Source of the DNA: a virus
IMG/VR virus record: IMGVR_UViG_3300032116_000025
Length of the DNA: 64,000 nucleotides
Reading direction: 5' to 3' (one strand)
A program made the position numbers and the translations under genes. Each line of letters opens with the position of its first letter. The stretch's first letter is position 1. The notes beneath the pieces were generated by a model. The model was not told the origin of the DNA and made no database searches. It was given only the letters and a program-made list of their open reading frames with translations. This document shows positions 1-10,217 of this stretch, piece after piece.

Positions 1-344
1 GCCCGACGGGTACAGGATCAGCCCGTTGGCAGAAACAGAAGGTGGCTCGTCAATCTGTACGAGCAACCGGTTGCCAAGGATGCGGATCTTTGTCCCGTCG
101 GGCGTTACGTAGGTGTCTTGCGGGTGGCTGCTCACTCCACCTTCTCCAGATTTTCAACCTCCACGATCTCGCGGCGCCCATCCGGGAACTGGACGTAAAT
201 GCTCCCGCCGGTCGGATGCACCGCGCGGGCAATACCCTCTTCGTTAGAGGCGGTCTTGCCGGGGGCACCCCCAGTCACTCGGACACGGTCACCGGGGAAA
301 AACGTATTGCTGTGCTTAGTATGGCTCATAGAGTCTCCTTGCGT

Positions 345-710
345 TCAGCCTACAGGAGTCTTGCTGATATCGCCAACCGACCCGTCGTCAACCGACAAGA
401 TCGAGGCGGGGATGTTATCTGCCGTTACAGGCTGCTGGGCGGCCATGAACCGGCGGACGGCATCTCGAACAAGAGGTCCGGCAATCTTGAGCTGCTCAGT
501 CATCTGAACCTGCTCTGCAAGAATGCAGACAAGCTCACCGCCGTCTTCCTTGTCCTTGCCGAACGAGATGGCAAGGCACGCGCTGATGCGGCTGTCACCG
601 TCGGTGAACTTCACCGCAAACTGCTGCACGGGGACAACGCCAATGACCTGGTTTGGTCGGCCCGGAGCGTATTCCGGAGCCTGAGTACCCTGCTGAATTC
701 GACCCGCCAT
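345..710 (-). CDS. hypothetical protein
   Basis: ORF with GGAG SD (aggagagaaacATG) in a tightly packed minus-strand run. Confidence 0.6.
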   Translation of the reverse strand: MAGRIQQGTQAPEYAPGRPNQVIGVVPVQQFAVKFTDGDSRISACLAISFGKDKEDGGELVCILAEQVQMTEQLKIAGPLVRDAVRRFMAAQQPVTADNIPASILSVDDGSVGDISKTPVG

Positions 711-975
711 GTTTCTCTCCTACTCGGCCAGTAGATCGGCCGTAGTTAGCTTTCCGTCTGCGATCATGCGAACTGTTGATGATGAAAGTTTGTGAAGGTT
801 GCCGCCGATAACTACAAACACGCGCGTAGGGCGGGAGTTAACGACGGTCTGACAGATGAGATCTACGGCCTTAACGCGACCCGTGGTTGAGTGTGCCTCG
901 TTGAACTCTTCTCCATCACGCACGTACGAGAAGGAGATTGAGTCGTCAGACCTCTCAATCAGAAGGTCCCCCGGC

Positions 976-1569
976 TCAACCTTGGCGGAATGGGTCGTCA
1001 TCCTGAATCTCCGGTCGCTCCAGCATTCGAACCGTCGGTGCAGGGCCGTTAACCTGGTGGTTTGCCGGAACGACGGGGTTTCCCACGTCATCTACTTCCA
1101 GAGTCCGCATGGGGGCCCTGCGGGCAATCTCGCGGCGTCGAGCTTCCTTCTCCTCCGCGATCTTTGCCTTAGTGCGAGGACGAGCGTCTAGGCCCTTCGC
1201 AATGAGTTCCTTGCGGAGAGACTCGGACGATTGCTGCTGGTTTGGTCGAGAGGCCACCACATCTTCCGTGGGGTTCTCAAACATTACGGGAGGGTTCACG
1301 GCCACATCTTCGGGGCCAGAGAACATCTCGTGCTCTAGGTCATCCTCTTCATCGTCTGAGGGCGCACCAGAGACGTTAACGGCCCGAGTCGTTGGTCCCG
1401 GTGTGACGCCAAGGGCCTGCGCCTCTCGGATGGCGTTGATGATGTCCGCCTCTTCGCACAGAACCCTGTGTTCTTGGCCTCCAAAACCAAATACTAGGTA
1501 GTTCTGCTGAGATCCCGTATCCGGCATCCAGTGCTGCTCGGCTCGGATAAACTCCACAAGAATCTTCAT
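976..1569 (-). CDS. hypothetical protein (acidic)
   Basis: 197-aa ORF, TAATG-coupled to the upstream 60-aa ORF. Confidence 0.6.
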   Translation of the reverse strand: MKILVEFIRAEQHWMPDTGSQQNYLVFGFGGQEHRVLCEEADIINAIREAQALGVTPGPTTRAVNVSGAPSDDEEDDLEHEMFSGPEDVAVNPPVMFENPTEDVVASRPNQQQSSESLRKELIAKGLDARPRTKAKIAEEKEARRREIARRAPMRTLEVDDVGNPVVPANHQVNGPAPTVRMLERPEIQDDDPFRQG

Positions 1570-1747
1570 TACTTGTACTCCAGGTGGATCTGCCCAACGG
1601 GCGTCTCCGGCTTGTAGGAGATCTTGACCTCTCCGTGCTTGTAAACGAGGGAGACCTCGTGAGAGAGGTTGACCCGGCCCTTCTTCACGTCTTCTGACAG
1701 AAGGTTCAGCGCAGAAAGCAGAGCATCCCGGTCTTCACTAGAGATGC

Positions 1748-2077
1748 TCACCGGTTACCTCCAATACCCGGAGGGGGCGGAGCCGCTGGAGTTCGAGACG
1801 CTGCCTGAGCGCGGGTCATTAGCTGCACAAGATTCGTGCTGTTGGTGCCCAGTTGGCCCAACAACACGACAAAAATGCACTTCTCCGGGCCTTGCACGGG
1901 TGATCCGTACTCATCCAGCTGGTCCGTGTTGAAGGCGATGCAGTCTGCGCCGCACACGCGTTGCGCGTTGTGCCAGCAAATCTCGCCGTCTAAGAGCTTT
2001 CGCTCGTCTGGAGTCTCAATCTTACGACGAGATCGGTTCTCCAGCTCTCGCAGGTCTGCCTCATTGTCGTCAATCAT
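1748..2077 (-). CDS. Cys-rich hypothetical protein
   Basis: CWH...CGADCIAF...C pattern, coupled to neighbouring ORFs. Confidence 0.55.
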   Translation of the reverse strand: MIDDNEADLRELENRSRRKIETPDERKLLDGEICWHNAQRVCGADCIAFNTDQLDEYGSPVQGPEKCIFVVLLGQLGTNSTNLVQLMTRAQAASRTPAAPPPPGIGGNR

Positions 2078-2615
2078 GCAGTTTACCCCGCTTTCGATCG
2101 ATGGGAGTCACGTTCCCACCAAACGACTTGGGTTCTTCGGCCAGTGCAGGGTGCACCTCGGTGCCCAACTTTGCTGCGTAGGCACGGTGGGCACGCTCCG
2201 CTGCCTCAAACCCACCGGTAATCGCTCCGCTCAGCATCGCCCGAACCACTTCTGAGCGCATTTCGTCCACAATCTCGTTGTGGGCAACCCTGGCGGCCTC
2301 GTCCTTATCGTCTCCAGGCTCCCTACGACGAGGAAGAAGGCCCGTAAACTCCATAACCTGGATAAACGGACCCGCCGCGTGCTTTGAAACTACGCGCAGG
2401 AGCACTTCGCCCACACGCTCGATGTCCCAAAACTGCTCGCTAGAGACAGCCCCGACGGTTTTAGAGAGAGGGCCCTCCCAACCGCAGTTTGGGCACCGGG
2501 CAGAAGCCCCAGTGTCCTCAGCTTCCGCAAGCAGAATGTACTGCCGCTGAACCTGAAGGTCGATCCCGCCACATTCTGGGCAAAAGTGACGTGCATCAGG
2601 CGTCGTATTCGACAT
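2070..2615 (-). CDS. Zn-ribbon protein
   Basis: CPECGG...CPNCGW pairs; likely start MSNTT after aggaggag. Confidence 0.6.
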   Translation of the reverse strand: MSNTTPDARHFCPECGGIDLQVQRQYILLAEAEDTGASARCPNCGWEGPLSKTVGAVSSEQFWDIERVGEVLLRVVSKHAAGPFIQVMEFTGLLPRRREPGDDKDEAARVAHNEIVDEMRSEVVRAMLSGAITGGFEAAERAHRAYAAKLGTEVHPALAEEPKSFGGNVTPIDRKRGKLHD

Positions 2616-3081
2616 CCTGCTCCTCCTCCTGAGCACCTTCGTCAGAATCGCTCAGATCGTCGTCTGAATCGCCGTCAAAGCCTTCGTCGCCAACGCCTTC
2701 ATCGTCCCCGGGACCGTCCTCGGGATCCGGGGAAAAGGCGTACTTCATGAGGTTGCTGTCAGACAGGAGAAGAACTGCATCGGTAGTCGTGGTCATGGCG
2801 TTAATCCTCTCAGGAATCAGAGTTTCTCTGCATTTCAAGCGCACGAACTGCCACGTCAAGATGGGTCCGTGCCTCGATAACCTTCGCGAAGATGGTTCCA
2901 AGGGACTCGGTGCAGATCTGGCCCTTGATCCGATCGTCGAACGTGGACTTGGGGCTGGACTCAACCGCTGCGCCCAGAAGGAACCGAGAGCGGGTAGCGT
3001 CCTGCTGCAACTGGTTGAGTTGCTTGTCCATCTTCTTCAGCAGATCGGCCGTAGCGGACATTACTTCTTGAAGCTCAGACA

Positions 3082-3618
3082 TCAGTGACCTCTTGCTTTC
3101 ACAATCCGGGCTAAACCAGCGAGCGCCGAGATTGGGTTATCCGCCCTAACAAACAGCTCTCCGATAGTTGCGGTGTACGAGGTAACCTTCCCGCGCTCTA
3201 CGACTAGGACTGGGTTGCGGCCAACAAGCATCGTTGGAATCACCCGATGAGCCCGTAAATGAGGCAGGCCCGGATCAGGCTCCACAGACCAGAAGTCGTG
3301 GGTCATCCACTCTGGCAGCGGGAAGCCCGCAAGGTTCTGACGCAGCAGTTTCGTCAGAACCTCGTAGTACCCATCCGCGTTCTTGTCTGTCTCCTTCAGC
3401 GCCTTAAGCATTGACTGGTGAATGGCCTGGGCGACGTCAACAGCTGGAGCGCCGTTAAGCAGCCTGACCCACTCATCTTCCAGCTCTAGCTCTGGGACTG
3501 TGACCGGGGGTAGCTTGCCGGATCGAAGTGTGACGACTCCGCTGACGGACTCGGTGACTTCCCACGGGGTTCTGCTTCGGTCCGACTTCTGCGCCCACCA
3601 GTCTCCGCGCTGAACCAT
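3082..3618 (-). CDS. hypothetical protein
   Basis: ORF with gaggagg SD, coupled to the downstream ORF. Confidence 0.55.
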   Translation of the reverse strand: MVQRGDWWAQKSDRSRTPWEVTESVSGVVTLRSGKLPPVTVPELELEDEWVRLLNGAPAVDVAQAIHQSMLKALKETDKNADGYYEVLTKLLRQNLAGFPLPEWMTHDFWSVEPDPGLPHLRAHRVIPTMLVGRNPVLVVERGKVTSYTATIGELFVRADNPISALAGLARIVKARGH

Positions 3619-3847
3619 GCGCCACGCCTCCTCTGGTACGCCGTCTCCTCTTCAGCTAGCTCAGACAAGCGTTCCGATAGCTCTGCGGTTACTTGATCTT
3701 TGGGCAGAGCCGAAGCAGCCATCAAGATGAGCTGCCGGATGCCCGAGGTTGTCTTGCCGAGAACGTCCAGGGCAGTGACGGCCTTCCTTGAAGGATCCTG
3801 CGCCCCGGGGCGGACTCCTCGCGCCTTACCCTTGTGCTTCGTAGGTT

Positions 3848-4252
3848 TCATGTTCCTGGATACCTCGGCTTGACACGAAGGTGCTTGTGGGTAGCGAGCT
3901 TCTTCTGCTGGTCGGCTTGCGCCTTGAGGATGGGAGCAAGGGCAATCGAGGCCCGCGTCTTGACGAACTCGGCAAGGCGCTTGTGCTGATCTTCCTTGTC
4001 TGTATCTCCAGCGCGCTCGATGTACGGGAACATCCTGTCGCAGTACTTCTGGAACGCCTCAATGGCGGGCTTGGCTGCCCCGCCCTCAGGCAACGTGCTT
4101 TGTACGATAGCCCGTGTCGCCAGAAGATGCGCTTCCTGGCGGGACAGGAAGACCAGGATAAAGATCGACTCAAGAAGACTCCCGCGCGGTGGCATGCCTT
4201 GAAAGCGGTCGTACCACATGCCGCTCATGGCCCAGCCAACCGGAGTCTTCAT
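3848..4252 (-). CDS. hypothetical protein, possibly partner of the upstream chaperone-like ORF
   Basis: ATGA overlap with 4249..5208. Confidence 0.5.
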   Translation of the reverse strand: MKTPVGWAMSGMWYDRFQGMPPRGSLLESIFILVFLSRQEAHLLATRAIVQSTLPEGGAAKPAIEAFQKYCDRMFPYIERAGDTDKEDQHKRLAEFVKTRASIALAPILKAQADQQKKLATHKHLRVKPRYPGT

Positions 4253-5208
4253 CCAGTTTTTAGCGCCTCGTGGCTGAACGCCTCCCGCGTGCGCTGCTCA
4301 AACCAGTAACCGTGCGTCCCGAGAGCGTGAAGGAGCACGGTAGGGTAGCGGATGAACAACTCGAACTTGCGCTGGAACGCATCCTCATCGAAGGTCTTGC
4401 TGTAGCCCGTGCCCAGCATGTGCGGCGGAAGCTCTTGGCCGTTGATGCGGTAGACGGTGCAGACCGTCTGCATCAAGCCGTAGATCTCCGGCGCGATGTT
4501 CTCCTTGCGCTTGTCCTTCTCAATCTCGCGGGCAAGGATGAGCCGCAACGCCTGGTTCTCAATCGCTGAGATGCTCCGGTAGTAAACAGTGAGCTGCCCG
4601 GGAATGATGGGCACCTCCTGGCGGAACTCTCCCTCTGCAAGCACGGACACCAGGTCAAACGCGGAGACACGGTCCCGCACAGCCTTGCGCGCCGCTTCGT
4701 TGTTGATGGCGTCGAACTGGATGTTCCGGAGAACCCGATCGAACTCCAGGTCGTCCAGCTCGTCCATTCGGTTACGGAGCTGCTTCTTGGTCTCCTCGTC
4801 CGTAGGAATGGACGCCTGCTTGGGTTTCTCTTTGACTTCCTCTGGCTCAGGCATCTTTGGGCTTTCTGGGGCAGACGGTTGCTGCTGCTGCTTTACAGCT
4901 TCCTGTAGAGCCTTCAGACCGGCGATAGTCTCTGGACGCAGACCGGGCGCTGCACGGGTTGGGTCGTTCACGGCTTCCTCCACACGCCTATTTGCCTCCC
5001 CAATTGTGCCAATCGTCATCGGCGGATCCTTGCCGGGTTTGTAGGCAGAGTTAGCCGCAACCAAGTCAGGCATCCGGGGCAACGCCGCACGCTGCTGCGC
5101 TGCACGTTCCGCCACGCCCTTCTTGTAGTTAGACAACACCGGGTCAACGCGCATCGCATCCGGTGTGGCTTTGACGACCTGCGGTGGCTTGTTGGGTGGC
5201 TTATTCAT
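4249..5208 (-). CDS. hypothetical protein (weakly resembles tail-assembly chaperones)
   Basis: 319-aa ORF; disordered N-half, globular C-half; preceded by a sigma70-like promoter; functional call is weak. Confidence 0.45.
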   Translation of the reverse strand: MNKPPNKPPQVVKATPDAMRVDPVLSNYKKGVAERAAQQRAALPRMPDLVAANSAYKPGKDPPMTIGTIGEANRRVEEAVNDPTRAAPGLRPETIAGLKALQEAVKQQQQPSAPESPKMPEPEEVKEKPKQASIPTDEETKKQLRNRMDELDDLEFDRVLRNIQFDAINNEAARKAVRDRVSAFDLVSVLAEGEFRQEVPIIPGQLTVYYRSISAIENQALRLILAREIEKDKRKENIAPEIYGLMQTVCTVYRINGQELPPHMLGTGYSKTFDEDAFQRKFELFIRYPTVLLHALGTHGYWFEQRTREAFSHEALKTG

Positions 5209-5220
5209 GAGAATACGATA

Positions 5221-5248
5221 AGAATACTTACTCAGTTGAGGGTGTCAA
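5221..5248 (-). promoter_or_regulatory. sigma70-like promoter
   Basis: minus strand TTGACA-16 nt-TATTCT upstream of the 5208 ATG. Confidence 0.5.
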
Positions 5249-5301
5249 GGAGAAAGAGTCAACAAGCAGAAAGAAGATGAGCAAAACGTCTTGCTGATCC
5301 T

Positions 5302-5309
5302 CCTATCAG
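5302..5309 (+). promoter_or_regulatory. phage promoter motif CCTAT(A/C)AG (one of 18 exact copies)
   Basis: CCTATCAG followed by GAGGAGG SD and ATG at 5326. Confidence 0.7.
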
Positions 5310-5325
5310 TAAATGAGGAGGAAAC

Positions 5326-5889
5326 ATGAACGAACTGTACAAAATCTGGCGATCATACACGATGGACAAAACCTGGTACGTACCGGGGTCGTGGGAGGCT
5401 CGCGCTCACGCAGTGCGTGTGTACTCGTGGGCCGTGCCCACAAACACCGCTATTCACGTTCTCACCCGGCAGCCAATCGTAGAGATTGGTGCAGGGACGG
5501 GATACTGGGCAAGACTTGTCCATGAGGCAGGCGGCGACGTCGTCGCCTACGACCCTGAGCCGTACCAGAACCGGTACGTCAGCGGAAAACACTTCCCCGT
5601 CCGCAAGGGCGGGACCAGGTCGGTAGCGCAACACGCCGATCGGGCACTCTTCATTTGCTGGCCGCCTTACAATGACGGAGTGGCCGCGCTTGCTCTCCGG
5701 ACATACCGGAGGGCAGGTGGAAAGAAGCTGTTCTACGTAGGTGAAGATAGGTACGGGTGCACCGCCAACAACCAGTTCTTCGACGAGTTGGAGAAGCACT
5801 GGTATTGCGGCGAATCGCTTTCCATCCCGAGATGGGATGGGATATACGATGGGTTCAACGTATACGACTTGGCTTCTACGGGCCGGTAG
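5326..5889 (+). CDS. class I SAM-dependent methyltransferase-fold protein
   Basis: motif I IVEIGAGTGYW, VVAYD, LFICWPPY. Confidence 0.7.
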   Translation: MNELYKIWRSYTMDKTWYVPGSWEARAHAVRVYSWAVPTNTAIHVLTRQPIVEIGAGTGYWARLVHEAGGDVVAYDPEPYQNRYVSGKHFPVRKGGTRSVAQHADRALFICWPPYNDGVAALALRTYRRAGGKKLFYVGEDRYGCTANNQFFDELEKHWYCGESLSIPRWDGIYDGFNVYDLASTGR

Positions 5890-5952
5890 CTCAACGGTGA
5901 GAGCCCCCGCCTTATAAGCGGGAGGTCACGGGTTCAACTCCCGTCCGGCCTA
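5880..5952 (+). tRNA. trnI: tRNA-Ile(UAU)
   Basis: cloverleaf GGGCCGG/CCGGCCT, anticodon arm CCCGC-CTTATAA-GCGGG, GGTTCAACTCC T-arm; no encoded CCA. Confidence 0.9.
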
Positions 5953-5953
5953 C

Positions 5954-5990
5954 TATGGGGATCTTGCGAAAGTAGGATCCCCATACTTTT
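5954..5990 (+). terminator. intrinsic terminator
   Basis: TATGGGGATCTTGC-GAAA-GTAGGATCCCCATA followed by CTTTT. Confidence 0.8.
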
Positions 5991-6024
5991 GCCCAGCTTT
6001 GGCTGACAGACCGGTTTTGTAAGC

Positions 6025-6057
6025 AAAAAAGAGGGCGGGGTGTTCCCCGCCCTCTTA
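6025..6057 (-). terminator. intrinsic terminator
   Basis: AAGAGGGCGGG/CCCGCCCTCTT hairpin with U-tract on the minus strand. Confidence 0.8.
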
Positions 6058-6272
6058 CCCTCAGCGGAGTAGCCTTCGGCTGACCCGGCTGTCGAGCCGC
6101 CGAAGCCGCTCCTCGTAGGAGAGAAGATCCATCATCAGTCCAATGACGGCCCCGGGCGAGCCGATTTCAAGCAGCTCGCGCGCCCGCTCAACAAAGGCTG
6201 CGGCGGTGTACGGGGACTTCTCAAACGCGAGGGGTGCCACCCTCCGCATCTCTTCTACCAATCCATCTGCAT

Positions 6273-6653
6273 TCATGACAGGTCCTTGTTGTTTTTGACG
6301 GCGATCTCGTCGATGGTCGATGCTACTGCGGAAAGCTGCTGAACAGCCCGAATGAACTGAACTGAGAGGGCTTGTTGCCAGCTGGCTTGCGGTAAGAGGT
6401 CTTGTAGAACAGCGATGACCCCTGAGACGGCCCTGAACGCGACTACGGGGTCAAGCTCCTCCCCGCTGCTCTGCTTTGCGACAGGGACGATGCTCATACT
6501 CCCGTCGCTCCCGTGCATCAGGGACAGAAGGAGCAAGTCGTGCGAGGCGCCTACGTCGGCCCCCAGCTCCTCGACCTGCTTTTCGGTAAGCCCCTTTGGA
6601 TGAACGTTGTAGCTGTACGTGACGTAGTACCTATTGAGGTCCTTCGGAGTCAT
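6273..6653 (-). CDS. hypothetical protein
   Basis: ATGA-coupled ORF. Confidence 0.55.
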   Translation of the reverse strand: MTPKDLNRYYVTYSYNVHPKGLTEKQVEELGADVGASHDLLLLSLMHGSDGSMSIVPVAKQSSGEELDPVVAFRAVSGVIAVLQDLLPQASWQQALSVQFIRAVQQLSAVASTIDEIAVKNNKDLS

Positions 6654-7123
6654 ACAGTGTCCTCCGAAATCTCAAACCATCCGGTTACGATGGTCGCGCC
6701 GTTTTCGTCGATGTAAGGCTCGCTTCCGAATGAGATCTCATCCCATCTTACGAGTGTCGCCGTACCCGTGCGGTCGAAGCGGACCGTGACTGTCTCCTTT
6801 TCAACGTGCACGATCTTGCCCGTGTCACCGCGCATGGCATGGATGTACTGGGGGTGAGGGAACTGCGCGCTTGTATCGCCAAACTCTCCACCCTCAGTGA
6901 TCGTGCGTTCGGCAACTACGCGGTCACCCTCATCAACTCCGTCTTCTTCGACCTCGATAAAGCCGGGACCGCCGCGAGGAGAAGAGAGAGACCAGGCGAT
7001 GACGTAGGTGTTGTCCTTTCGCATGATGACAAGCCCGTAAGCCGGGGGAGATCCCCCGTCATCCACGATGCCGACGATGACTCCGTTCTGGAGAGATCCC
7101 AAGTGCTTCTTCATGTAATCCAT
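6650..7123 (-). CDS. hypothetical protein with C-terminal SH3/KOW-like region
   Basis: start MDYMK after AAGGAGG and a promoter motif; GDRVVA...GDTGKIVHV...VTVRFD. Confidence 0.5.
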   Translation of the reverse strand: MDYMKKHLGSLQNGVIVGIVDDGGSPPAYGLVIMRKDNTYVIAWSLSSPRGGPGFIEVEEDGVDEGDRVVAERTITEGGEFGDTSAQFPHPQYIHAMRGDTGKIVHVEKETVTVRFDRTGTATLVRWDEISFGSEPYIDENGATIVTGWFEISEDTV

Positions 7124-7171
7124 TGGACGTTTGTCCTCCTTCATTCACTGATAGGAGAGGGGTGAGCCCTT

Positions 7172-7582
7172 TTAAGGCTTTCCTTTTTTGATGCCCAATT
7201 TTTGCTGCCAGGACCAGATGAGGCTTGGGCTGCGGTTAATCGCTCGGCCGATTTCCCGCATGGACGAACCAGCCCGGGTCATCTCAGCGATGACGTTTTG
7301 GTCCCGCTTCTTTATCCGGCGCCTGGATGCTTTTGGGGCGGCAGGCTCCCGAACCAGCTCCTTTTCCTTGCTCTCTTCCGGTGGGGCGGGAAAGGACTGG
7401 TTGTAGTACTTAACTACACGGTCTTGGATCTCCATGGTGTGAAGCTCCACCGTGAGAAGCATGGCGGCCCCGACGACCTCTCGAAGATGCTCTCGGGCTT
7501 CTTCAAAGCTTCCCTTACTGATCATTAACTCGACGCGACGACCACCGCTGCGAATGGTCCTTAAGTTTTGTTTGTATCCCAT
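7172..7582 (-). CDS. HTH DNA-binding protein
   Basis: C-terminal IAEMTRAGSSMREIGRAINRSPSLIWSW helix-turn-helix pattern. Confidence 0.6.
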   Translation of the reverse strand: MGYKQNLRTIRSGGRRVELMISKGSFEEAREHLREVVGAAMLLTVELHTMEIQDRVVKYYNQSFPAPPEESKEKELVREPAAPKASRRRIKKRDQNVIAEMTRAGSSMREIGRAINRSPSLIWSWQQKLGIKKGKP

Positions 7583-8013
7583 GCGCGCGTTTTCCTTTCT
7601 GTTGATCGCGTTAAAAGGCGCTCTAGCGTAGTCCCGTACGATGCCCGCAACTCTTGGAGTCCGGGAGTAGTTCCTGAGCATGGGCCGCGAGATCCTTCCC
7701 AAGCGGGACGGGTTCCGCATCGAACACACTCTTTGTTTCCTGTGTTCAAGTTCTTTGCCCAAAGGTGGATCACGAAAGCCTCCGCCGGTGTCAGCACCGA
7801 AAAAGAAAGCCCCGATATTACGCTCGGGGCCACACGTGTCACTCGTTTTCGGATCGAGGCTTAGTGCGGTGCCCGCACACGGGACACTCAGTTTCTCGTC
7901 CCTTTTCGATACGATCTAGCGATTCCACCAGCTTTTCAACTGCACGAACGAGGCGCGGCACTGTTCCTTCGTAGAACTTGTGCCCCATGATGGTTTTGTA
8001 GAAGTCCATGATG

Positions 8014-8271
8014 TTACTCCGGATCAACAGCACCGAAGAAGCAGACGCAGGTCAGCCCTTCTGCTGAGCCGTGGGCTTGCATCTCTACCAGTTCCCCGTC
8101 TGCTTCGCGGCAGAAGGATTCGCAGTATTGTCTTGCCGCCCTGGGATCGGAGAACCGCGCGCTAACGTTACCAGACGAGTAAGCTCCCACCATCCCGGCG
8201 GCTACTAGGAACACAACAAAGACAACTGCGGCGGTAACTGCCCTGTCTCCCATTTTGTAGACGAAACTCAC
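8014..8271 (-). CDS. small membrane-anchored Cys-containing protein
   Basis: hydrophobic N-terminus AVTAAVVFVVFLVAAGMVG; CESFC...CVC. Confidence 0.5.
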   Translation of the reverse strand: MSFVYKMGDRAVTAAVVFVVFLVAAGMVGAYSSGNVSARFSDPRAARQYCESFCREADGELVEMQAHGSAEGLTCVCFFGAVDPE

Positions 8272-8501
8272 TCGCCACCCAGTTTCTTGAAGCGGGGCTT
8301 TGTAAACGCTGTGCGCAGGAAGTACTCAGCCATGTTTCTTTTTCTTGCTCCTGATAATGATCGCCTTACGACGCAGACTGGGCACGACGGCGTTAAGGAT
8401 GTGCCTTCGCTCCTCATCGGTTAGCTGAGGGTGCGGCCGTCCAAACGTCTGTTCGAGAAGCTCGGCCGCGGTATCCCACGACCGAGCTTTTGACTCTGTG
8501 T

Positions 8502-9737
8502 TCACGCTCCGACCTTGTACGAGTGACCTACGACTTCCGTAGGAAGGTCCGCGCCGCGTACGTGGGGCTCGATCCACTTACGCGTGCGAAGGGTGTAACC
8601 CGGCCCGTGGGCTTGGTTGCGCCAGTGTCCTCGCACAAGAGTGCGGTACGTCAGCTTGTAGCCGCCGGTGCCTTCGGTGCGAATGATCTCCCGCATCTCG
8701 GCGTCTACCGAGACGTTGGTGCCCACCGCAAACACACGATCGTCCCGAAGCTGTTGAATCTTCTCTTGAACCCGCTTACGCAGGTTCTTGAACTTTTTGT
8801 TTCCGTGCAGCCGGTCAATCTCATCAGCATGCACATGCTTTACGGCCGCCTTCTCCGAGCCCATGTAGATGCACAGGTTCAAGACGAACCTGAGCAGCAG
8901 GTTTCGGATTTCCAAGCCGTCAAGGGTGCGCTCTCCTAGACGGCCGCTGTTTAGCGTCCGTTCGTATTCTGCGATATTGACGGTCCTGTCGCGCAGGCCC
9001 ACAAGGCCGCGGGTAGACCGCTCAATAGCAGATTCGACGTCCTCCTCTTTGTTATCGATCAGATACGTCTTGAACAGCCACGTATCGTCGAACGGATTTG
9101 AGGAGTTTTCGTTAGGCTCTCCGTAGGCTTCGATGAGGAGCCTCTCTCCAAGCTCGGGAGTCTTTGCGGTCGTATCGCCTTGCCGCGCGGCGATCTCAAG
9201 CGTGCGAGGGGTAATGCACCCCTGAGCGACTACGAGAGACCGGACACAGTGCCACCCCGTCTTCGCGTCCTCTAAGTAGAAGAGGTTGTCGGGCAGCTCA
9301 ACGTAAAATGCCTTCATCGGGAGCTTTAGGTCCCCGACGACTGCACCCTTCAGCTCCGTGGCGAGGAGCTTGTAGGTAAGCCCCTCGCTCGGGGCGAACC
9401 AGTTAGACGTCGCGCTGATGGTGCGCAACTTTGCAGTTACCCATGCGACAAGGCCCGAATGCATATCGGAGCCGCGCCCGTGAAGGGCGAGCATCGCGCG
9501 GAACTGCGGATCCTCCGCCAGTTCGGAGAACCAGTCTAGGTCCCGTCCCAAAGACCAGTTCTGCGACGCCTTCTCACGAAAGTCTGCGGACAAACGGAAA
9601 ACGGGCCGCTTTGCTTTGAACGCGCGCATGATCCTCTGCGCGTCAGCAATGAGGGTGCCCCTTCGGAACTTCTCCTTGGACTTGGCGTACTCCTCAAGAG
9701 CTGCCACGACCTCTTTCACTTCTTCTTCGTCATGCAT
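8502..9737 (-). CDS. conserved phage protein with C-terminal VRGHWRNQ..G...WI.PH.RG motif
   Basis: motif common in phage proteins; promoter motif at 9755 and GGAGG SD. Confidence 0.65.
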   Translation of the reverse strand: MHDEEEVKEVVAALEEYAKSKEKFRRGTLIADAQRIMRAFKAKRPVFRLSADFREKASQNWSLGRDLDWFSELAEDPQFRAMLALHGRGSDMHSGLVAWVTAKLRTISATSNWFAPSEGLTYKLLATELKGAVVGDLKLPMKAFYVELPDNLFYLEDAKTGWHCVRSLVVAQGCITPRTLEIAARQGDTTAKTPELGERLLIEAYGEPNENSSNPFDDTWLFKTYLIDNKEEDVESAIERSTRGLVGLRDRTVNIAEYERTLNSGRLGERTLDGLEIRNLLLRFVLNLCIYMGSEKAAVKHVHADEIDRLHGNKKFKNLRKRVQEKIQQLRDDRVFAVGTNVSVDAEMREIIRTEGTGGYKLTYRTLVRGHWRNQAHGPGYTLRTRKWIEPHVRGADLPTEVVGHSYKVGA

Positions 9738-9775
9738 GTGTGCGCCTCCAAAGGCTGATAGGGCACAATGCAAAG

Positions 9776-9806
9776 AAAAACGGGGAGGCCGTAGCCTCCC
9801 CGTTTC
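9776..9806 (-). terminator. intrinsic terminator
   Basis: AAACGGGGAGGC/GCCTCCCCGTTT hairpin plus U-tract. Confidence 0.75.
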
Positions 9807-9818
9807 CCTGACAACCGC

Positions 9819-10217
9819 TCAACCCTCGGTCATCTGGGCGCTAGCGCCCTCATCCAACTCTACAGCGTGCGTAGACGCCCCGTTAGTCACCGAAACCGCA
9901 GGAGGCGGAACGAAGATTGCGGCGGGACGCGGCTGCGAGATTGTGGCTCGCGCCTTTCGACCAGGCTTTGACGCAGCCTGAGCGGACTTAGGAGGACGAC
10001 CTCGGCGGACCTGCTTCTTAACAGGCTTGGCCGACGACTTGGACTTCGCCTTTGCCTTAGGCTTTGTAGCGCCCGAGTACTTGCTAAGCGCCTTGTCGCG
10101 CGAGATCCCCTTGTCCATGAGGTTCTGCGCGGCTTCCTTCTCCTCGATTCCGCGGGCCTTCGCCATCTTGGCGATGTAGGCGATTTGCTCGTCTGTAAAA
10201 CTGTATCCCTTTGCCAT
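9819..10217 (-). CDS. basic histone-like DNA-binding protein with AT-hook
   Basis: K/A-rich tract and RRGRPPK; GAGGT SD. Confidence 0.55.
   Translation of the reverse strand: MAKGYSFTDEQIAYIAKMAKARGIEEKEAAQNLMDKGISRDKALSKYSGATKPKAKAKSKSSAKPVKKQVRRGRPPKSAQAASKPGRKARATISQPRPAAIFVPPPAVSVTNGASTHAVELDEGASAQMTEG

Noticed and set aside
4245-4265. Programmed -1 frameshift joining 4249..5208 to 3848..4252 (tail-chaperone style)
   Set aside because: CTA AAA ACT GGA TGA has no canonical X XXY YYZ heptamer in frame; the ATGA overlap is explained by ordinary translational coupling.
5991-6024. tRNA-Thr-like fragment (ACCGGTTTTGTAAGC)
   Set aside because: No D-arm, T-arm or acceptor stem; it lies between two terminators.
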